DNA of 56,586 nt. It comes from Intoshia linei (Eukaryota; Animalia; Orthonectida). Both the position numbers and the translations under genes were made by a program. The stretch covers positions 1 to 56,586 of the forward strand of contig LWCA01000094.1 in assembly GCA_001642005.1 (NCBI GenBank), given 5' to 3'. The first letter of the stretch is position 1, and each line of letters starts with the position of its first letter. This document shows, piece after piece, positions 49,298-56,586 of this stretch. The notes under the pieces are model-generated. The model was given only the letters and a program-made list of their open reading frames with translations. It searched no databases and was not told the DNA's origin.

Positions 49298-52200
49298 AAG
49301 CAAAAGATTAATCTACAATTGGCACACAATCCTGTAGTAACATGTCAATTGTTGGATCAACCTACCGACTTGAGTTTTCCAAATAATTTAAAAAAAGAAA
49401 ATTTTGATTCACAGTAATATTTTATGTTTTTACCTCTTTGATGCTATTTCAATTTTCTGTAGTGAATTTTCACATTTGAATAATATAAAATTTAATATTT
49501 TACAATATTACAATTTAATAATTTATAATAATATTTTGGTTATTCTTTAATATAAACTGATTTTCCTTGAACGCAAAACTATAATACATTGGATTGGATA
49601 AATTTCGGTCGGTTAGATTTAACATTATGGATTTTATAAATTTACAAAAAATATTTACCTTGTATTTGGGTTGTTATTATTAAATCATAATGGTTCTAGA
49701 AAAATTTAATCTAGATGACGTGGTGCTAAGTTTGACAAAGATTAGAAATCATGTCTAGAAATCATTTAAAGTGTTTGTCAACCGATGCACCTATAAATTT
49801 TTATGTGTGCCCAGCGTAAAATTGAAAACAAGCCACATACACACTGCCAAAATATTATGCAAATCACTAAAAGTTGTGTAATTCAGTCTACAAATAATTA
49901 AAACTTATATTTTTTTTGTCATTAATTGACATTTAATCGACTCAATATGTATTAAAAAAATAAATATTTATTTAATTCAAATAAAAAATTTTTATTTACA
50001 TAATATCGTTTTTTTATATTGCTAAGTGTGCCAAAATATTATGCAAATTTTAAATGGGAAAGAAAAGAACCAAATAGTTGGTTTAATGGCAAGAGGAAAA
50101 AGTATTCTACAAATATCACGATGTCTCGAACGTGATCCTCGCACTATTAAAAAATGGTTAGAAGATCCGTCTAAAAAGAATCATAGGTCAAATAGGGGTC
50201 GAAATAAGATACTTTTACCTAGACAATTACGAATTCTTAAGAAAGAGTGCTGGTGACACCACTTGCGATGAGTTTAAGATTATTTTCGGCTTGCAACATA
50301 GGAGATGTGTCTAGAAGCAGTCGATGTAGGGTTTTAAAATCTGTTGCATCTGTTATAAAATCTCTTAGAATACCGATTTTGAAGCCTATTCACAAAGAAA
50401 AAAGGATGAAATGGTCTAGAACCAATTTAAAGACAAATTTTCAATCCCTAATATTTACAGATGAATGTTGTGCAACTCTTGATGGCCCGGATGGCTGGTC
50501 AAAAGGTTGGGTACTAAATAACACTAAAGTACCATCAGTAATGCGTCGTCAACAAGGTGGGGGTGATATACTGTTTTGGGCAGGTATAATCGTTAAGGAG
50601 GTATTAGGGCCAATTAGAGTTCCCAGTGGCGTGAAAATAAATTCGAAGTTTTAATAGTTATTATTATGATATTTTTAAATTTTCATATTTAATTACACAG
50701 AAAATATGGCTCAACACTATATTCCATGTTTGAATTTAAAAAACGAAAATTTTAAAAATAATTGCATATTTATGCATGACAATGCACCTTCACATGCATC
50801 GTCGTATACCCGATCATTTTTCTCAGAAAATGGCATTAGTGGAGGAAAATTGATGGATTGGCTCCCTAACAGCCCGGATTTAAACCCTATAGAAAATTAC
50901 TGGAGCATGATAAAAATGTAACATTGAAATTACCTTAATAATTATTTATATTAATCATTCAGAAAATTATATTCTGCTGGGACTCAGTATAACACCCTGG
51001 ATCTACTTTGGAATGCAATTGAAGAGGTGTCTAAATCTATTATGCTAGAACGTGATAAGGATTTGACTGATTCGGTCGATGGTAGACTTATTAAGTTGTT
51101 ACAAGTCGATGGTAACTACATTAAACATTAGAACTAAATTTTAACGATCTGATCCATCAAATTTAGTATGATTCATTGCATTTGCATAATATTTTGGCAT
51201 ACTAACATTAACTAATAAATCTATATATTTAATTATTTTAATTTTAATTGCTTCAAATTGTTTTCTTTTAATTACAAATAATGTCAAGTACATTCTATAA
51301 AAAAATTAACAATTTCTCTCAACTTTTAAGTATATTTTTGCGAGTTTTTTAGATCTGCATAATATTTTGGCACAAAGTGTAGTATATAGTATATACCATT
51401 TCATAAAGGATCAGTTACATCATTTTTTTGATTTTTTGTCCCAAAACTACTTTTTTTAAATGTGCAACTTTTCCTAAATTTTGAACTTTATAAAAATTTT
51501 CATAAGTAACAACAAAAATACAATTTTTACCATTTAATGATCCTCGTTTTTTGTGAAATTTTTTTAATTGCTTCCTAGTGCGTCCAATAGAAAAAGTTGA
51601 GAAACGCTTTTTTAGAGCTTTTTTAAAGGCCGATGATTTGGTTTATTAATTTTTTTATTTTACTTTATATTTATGATTTTTACTGTTTTAATATTTTTAT
51701 TTTAAAAATAAACCGAAGAAATTCAGTGATTAATAATAATTAGGAACGTCCACCGATAACTCGGACTATAATGAGAATCTGTATAAGGGTTAACCCTTTA
51801 CTAGTCGCGCTTTTTCAAAACGTAAATAGTCGTAAGACGACAAAAATGGCAGTTTTTAATGAATGAAAAAGTGACACGATGTAATAAACAAATTAAAATA
51901 TCATAAAATATTTAATTACAATGATAATAATAAATATGACGCTGATTGATATAGTTAGTTTAATAAATATTTGTTTTTACTGCAATTTGAACATATAATA
52001 TTTGAATGATTTTTGCAAACGTTCAATTTTTTAGATTTAAAATATCCCAGAAAAGAAGTAGCAATCATTCCATAGATGTATTACTAAAAAATGAAAGTGA
52101 TAAAAACGGAATATGGGATAAAAAATCATTTAAAATTAATGGTGTTGATCAAATTGATTTTTCTGATAATATTTCACCAAAATTAGCTATATTAATTGAT

Positions 52201-55200
52201 AAAATTTTTGAAAAATGTGATAATGATGCAAACCAAAAAAATACAAATCAGGGTAATTTTTATATTATTAAAATTACATTATTTGAATTATGTATTGATG
52301 ATATAATAGTAGTAATAAAAAAAGAAGAAAACAAGCCTTTACTCAAAATTTCTGGTTATATTGATAATTCACTGAATGTAAATATTTATATTTATTTATA
52401 TGTTAAATGCATCAACTTGATTTCCTGTATAGATTGTAATATTCATTTTATTACTTATAATTGTGAAGTGTAAACCATTAGTTTTTAAATTTTATACTCT
52501 ACGACCGCTATTTGACCCAAAAATTTTGTAGTCTATAAATATAATAGGTTACGTACTTTTTTGTATGATAATATTAACTTTAAAAAATAAAAAATTCTGG
52601 AAAAAATATTTTAATTTATTATAATAAATCTTTTCTAAATCTACTCAGTGGTGCGTAAGTTTAACTGATGAAACTACAGCTATATATTATGCATTTCAGA
52701 GGTTTGATTTAAAATAGTAAACTAATCTTAATTTTATAAATTTTGGTGAGTTATTGGTGGTATGAATAAAAATTTTTTACTTATAAACAAACTGAGTTTA
52801 GTCAAAAGCAACGCTAGGATCGAGCCGAAGAAAATCAAGAAAATATAAGTTTATCAAATTAGATAGTAATTTATTTATTATAAATTTATTATTTACACTG
52901 TTAATTAACTGTAAATCAAATTTTTTTATAAATTGTTTAAATTTCAATTTTCAGTCAATTAATTTTAAAGTTCACTGATCGCACACCCGTTGTTTTCACT
53001 TTTTTTCAAATAGGTGACATTTATTATGAATTTAGGCAATGAAAATGTAAAACTACAAAATATTCAATGCTTGAAATTCAATTTTTCTAAAACAATATGC
53101 ATTAATTGTGAAAATAATGAGAAATTTTGTCGGTTCATTAATTTCAGGTAGTATTATTAAACTTTTTACATTTTAGATTTTTAATTTAGATTTAATTTAA
53201 CCTCATTTACCTAATTAGACCTTATTTTTATATCTAGATATTTCCATTTCAATGCAAATTCAATGGTTTCTTATACAAAGGCGAAACAATATAAACATGA
53301 TATAAAAAATTCAGCAATTAGTATATTATTTTATTTCATAGAAATTATTTGGCACATGTAACAAAAAATTTTTTAACAAAATAATGAATATTAGGTTTTC
53401 TAATCTAGAATCTATAATCTTTTTAGAGTCACAAAATTTCGTGTCATCATAATTTTTTTGACTTTTTAATTTGTAAATATTAATTTCCTATTTTATTATC
53501 AATGGATAAAAAATAACAATTCGTTATATTTTTTGTTTAAACATCGTTACGGAGACTCTTGCATATGAGTGGATCTGGTTGTTTCTTGTATACTTGTGAG
53601 TGCAGATTATGTTGTACTATTATAAACTTAGTCATAAAATTTTATGATCATATCAAATTTAAATTAAATTATTTTTTGTATATTAATTGATGTCACTAAT
53701 AAAATCACATGTTTCGATCATAAAGTATACATTAAATTATTTATTTGATTACAAAATTGATTGCTTACTTAATAACTTACTTAATGGGTATTATTAATAT
53801 ACGTTACATGAATATCTAAAGTTTTTTTTAATTTCCTCTATTGGTTATTTAATTATATGATATTATATTATTTAAGATGATATTACAAAAAACCTATGGA
53901 CCCCAAAAAAATTAATAATAATGACAATTTTTAATGAATCATTACATTTGGGTGAAACGAATGATTAATGGTCAAAAGACATGGACTACTCTATTTTTGC
54001 GAGATGATCAACTTTATAAACTATTAATATTAACCTTTAAGTTGAAGGTTAAAGTTTAATCCGTCAATGTTCTCAAAATGGAACATGTTTTTCAAGTATT
54101 GTTTACTACATATTTTATGACATCAATAAAAAGTCTATATTATCTATCTTCCCTGTGAAAAATTAATTTATATTCCTTGGTTGATGTTTCATAGAATCAT
54201 GAATATTGACTGATTTTTTGTCCTATTTTCAATTTGAAATTTAAAGCTTTTTTTATAACTAGAAACTTAGCTCGGTCATAAATTTTAATAAAATAATTAA
54301 ATAAAACCGCTGCTCCTAAAATAGAACAATGAAGGTTTCCCAATAAGTTTTTACACTTATAAGTAATTTAATTTAGTACTAAAGAATTTACTTTTACATG
54401 ATTTGCCCGCTTTGTATTAGTATTTCTGAGCCTTTATGTTATAAAAACGACTTTATGTTACGAAAATGTCTATAATATGTAATAAATGTATATAATTTTC
54501 ATGGGTCCCAAAAAAGTGTTGTGAACCCCGTTGAGAATGGCTGATGTAAATGATCGAGTTTTATGAAAAAAATTGTAAGTTATGCAAATTAGTTTTTTTA
54601 TGAGCATGTTTTATTAGTTTGACTAAGTAAATCAACGACATTTTCGTAGTTAACAAATCACCATTTGTCTATCAATATCATTTCGTTGTATCTATTTGAC
54701 ATAATAATATCATGTTATTATTTTATATCCAATGTACTTGTAAATGACATAGCTCAGAGTGCAATAAAAATAATGAAACCTTTTATAAAGCCATTAATTA
54801 GATATTAATTATTAATAATGACTAAAATGTTTGTGTTTAGAAAAAACTGATAATTATCTCTTTAATTTAAAATATGCAGGAAAGATTGTATGCCAACTTA
54901 GTAAAAATGAATCAGATTTTAAAGAAAAATATGTGATAGGTATTTTATCTTCATTGTAACGCAATTTAATACTATCTGCAGTGCGGTGCTGCATATTGAT
55001 TCTAACCGTATGAAAACAAAAAACTCACCAAAAATTGTTTGATGAATTTTTATTAACTTTATAATTTGGTGTTCAGTGGACACCCTGTTTTATATTATAA
55101 TGTATATAATATATTGTAGATACAAGCAAAGTGTTAAACATAGAAAATAATACATCAAATACTCTTTGCGACAAATGTAAAGGCGTCATTTTCAATTTTC

Positions 55201-55338
55201 ATAACATGTGTTCAAAATGTGGAGTTTACATTTGTTTTAAATGTTCAAACGTTCTTAGTCAATTACAAAACCGCCCTGGGAAACTTTTTTGCTACAGACA
55301 TCAAGAAATTTGCATTCCAAAAGTTGTGTATACCTATG
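49298..55338 (+). CDS. KDM3: KDM3/JMJD1-family gene, partial; exons ~49298-49413, 52035-52252, ~52310-52377, 53014-53147, 53239-53357, 54841-54938, 55120-55338; JmjC domain expected beyond the window
   Basis: CINC..FCRFINFR (KDM3 CREC..CRFxxFRR), KYAGKIVCQLSKNE (GDQFCQLVxSE), C6 finger CDKCKGVIFNFHNMCSKCGVYICFKC; phases compatible. The first three exons rest on splice phase only; start not established. Confidence 0.75.
49840..51379 (+). mobile_element. Near full-length Tc1-like transposon, DD37E (TRT-type), IR/DR ends, disrupted transposase ~50054-51131
   Basis: TA flanks; TGCCAAAATATTATGCA present twice at each end (~49846, ~50029; inverted ~51183, ~51357); HTH region, FTDE..LDGPDGW, RRQQGGG, HDNAPSH..SPDLNPIE with 37 residues between D and E; frameshifts. 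Confidence 0.92.
51794..52019 (-). mobile_element. piggyBac terminal fragment
   Basis: TTAA|CCCTTTACTAGTCGCG; ~225 bp highly similar to 55408-55629. Confidence 0.85.
53870..54543. mobile_element. Inverted, internally deleted copy of the 10498-11676 hAT element
   Basis: Reverse-complement similarity to 11080-11640 joined to 10498-10600; one TIR GTTGAGAATGGCTG retained. Confidence 0.85.
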
Positions 55339-55407
55339 GTAGGTTTATTATTATTTCGGTCTTTTTAAATGAAGTTATATACTAGGCTGATCAAAAATTT
55401 TTTTTAA

Positions 55408-56586
55408 CGCTTTACTAGTCGCGCTTTTTCAAAATGTAAACAGTCGCAAGATGACAAAAATGGCCGTTTTTAATGAATAAAAAAGTGACACCATGTAATA
55501 AACAAATTTACATATCATAAAATATTTAATTACAAGGATAATAAAAAATATGACGCTGATTGATATATTTAGTTTTATCTTTGTTTTTACAGTAATTTGA
55601 ACATACAATATTTGAATGATTTTTGCAAAGGTAGACGCAAATTATTAGTTTTTTTGAACTCATTAGTCACACAAAAATAACATTTTCGTCTTTTTACAGC
55701 AATTGATGTAGCTAAAATTCATAATTATTCTATTTATATATAAAAATTACATGGATGTTGAAAAGATAAATTTCTGAATAATTTGTTTTCGATACATAAA
55801 GATTTTCCAAGTTGTCTCAAGTATAATCTCCTCGAGATATATACATTTCCCGATTTATAAAGAATATAACTGTTTACAGCCAAAATATTCAATAAACCTT
55901 GAAACAAATAATGAGGCCATCTTCTAGTTTTCCTTTTTGTACTGTATTCGTTACATAAATAATCAAGAACGTCAACACCTCCTTTGTTTTTATTATATAA
56001 TAATATAAGATTAGGTTTTTTCTTTGCATCCTCTTCGTTGAAATTAATGCTATCATGTTTTGTTGAGATCAAATTAACAAATTTTATAGGTTTAGGACAA
56101 TAAGAAGCTAGTTTAATTATTCCTAGATGACCGGAAATGGTAGAAAAAACAGCCCGATTTTTTGTAGACACAAATTGAGGTGCTAATTCCCTTTTATTTT
56201 TTCTAATGGTACCACATAATGTTAATTTTATTTCCCACAACTGAAACGCCAATAATATCGATGTAAACCAATTATCCATTGTTACATTGCACCCACTTCC
56301 CCAATAAGGTTTCAACATTCGTAGAGTAACATTTATAGGTTAATTTTTGCTTTTATCGTCGTCTTTTCCAATGTAGAAGAATCTACAACATATAATTTTA
56401 GTCCATATTTGCAAGGCTTCGAAGGTAAATACATTTAAAACTGCATCTTCCTCTAAATGAGACCATGGTTTCATCCAATGTTAAGTTATTTTTAGGTTCA
56501 TAGTTGTTTTGGAAATTTTTCACAAAAAGATAAAATATTTCCCTTATTGGTGCAAGCCTGTCGTTCTTTTTTCTTTGTTCTCTAGT
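55408..56586 (-). mobile_element. piggyBac transposon, 3' half, frameshifted transposase, in KDM3 intron
   Basis: TTAA at 55404-55407 then terminus; catalytic LDETMV, TMDNWFTS and KGGVD; KRKTRRWP; frameshift near 56435; Cys-rich tail downstream of the listed ORF. Confidence 0.92.

Overview
Very AT-rich animal (bilaterian) genomic DNA, not prokaryotic. Most ORF-track entries are exon fragments or noise, so genes were rebuilt by hand from GT-AG junctions. Genes in order: 3' part of an Obg-family GTPase (MTG2/GTPBP5-like, +); complete RUNDC1 (+, 8 exons); Zic zinc-finger gene (-, 4 coding exons); a ~15 kb gene-poor, TE-filled tract; a glutaredoxin pseudogene missed by the ORF track (-); an intronless class A GPCR with eroded activation motifs (-); GINS4/Sld5 (+, 7 exons); an innexin (-, 7 exons); and the 5' part of a KDM3/JMJD1-type gene (+). 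Many introns are tiny (about 36-46 nt, with two 21-nt candidates), others are inflated to kilobases by TEs. TEs include many hAT MITEs with 8-bp TSDs, an abundant non-autonomous Helitron-like family, Tc1/mariner elements (one DD37E), a MULE-like MITE and piggyBac. Most notable: two unrelated transposases (DD37E Tc1 and piggyBac) appear to carry host-sized tiny spliceosomal introns, and a signal-peptide ORF lies between Helitron-like termini. Composition, tiny introns and protein divergence would fit a reduced parasite such as an orthonectid, but that is inference only.
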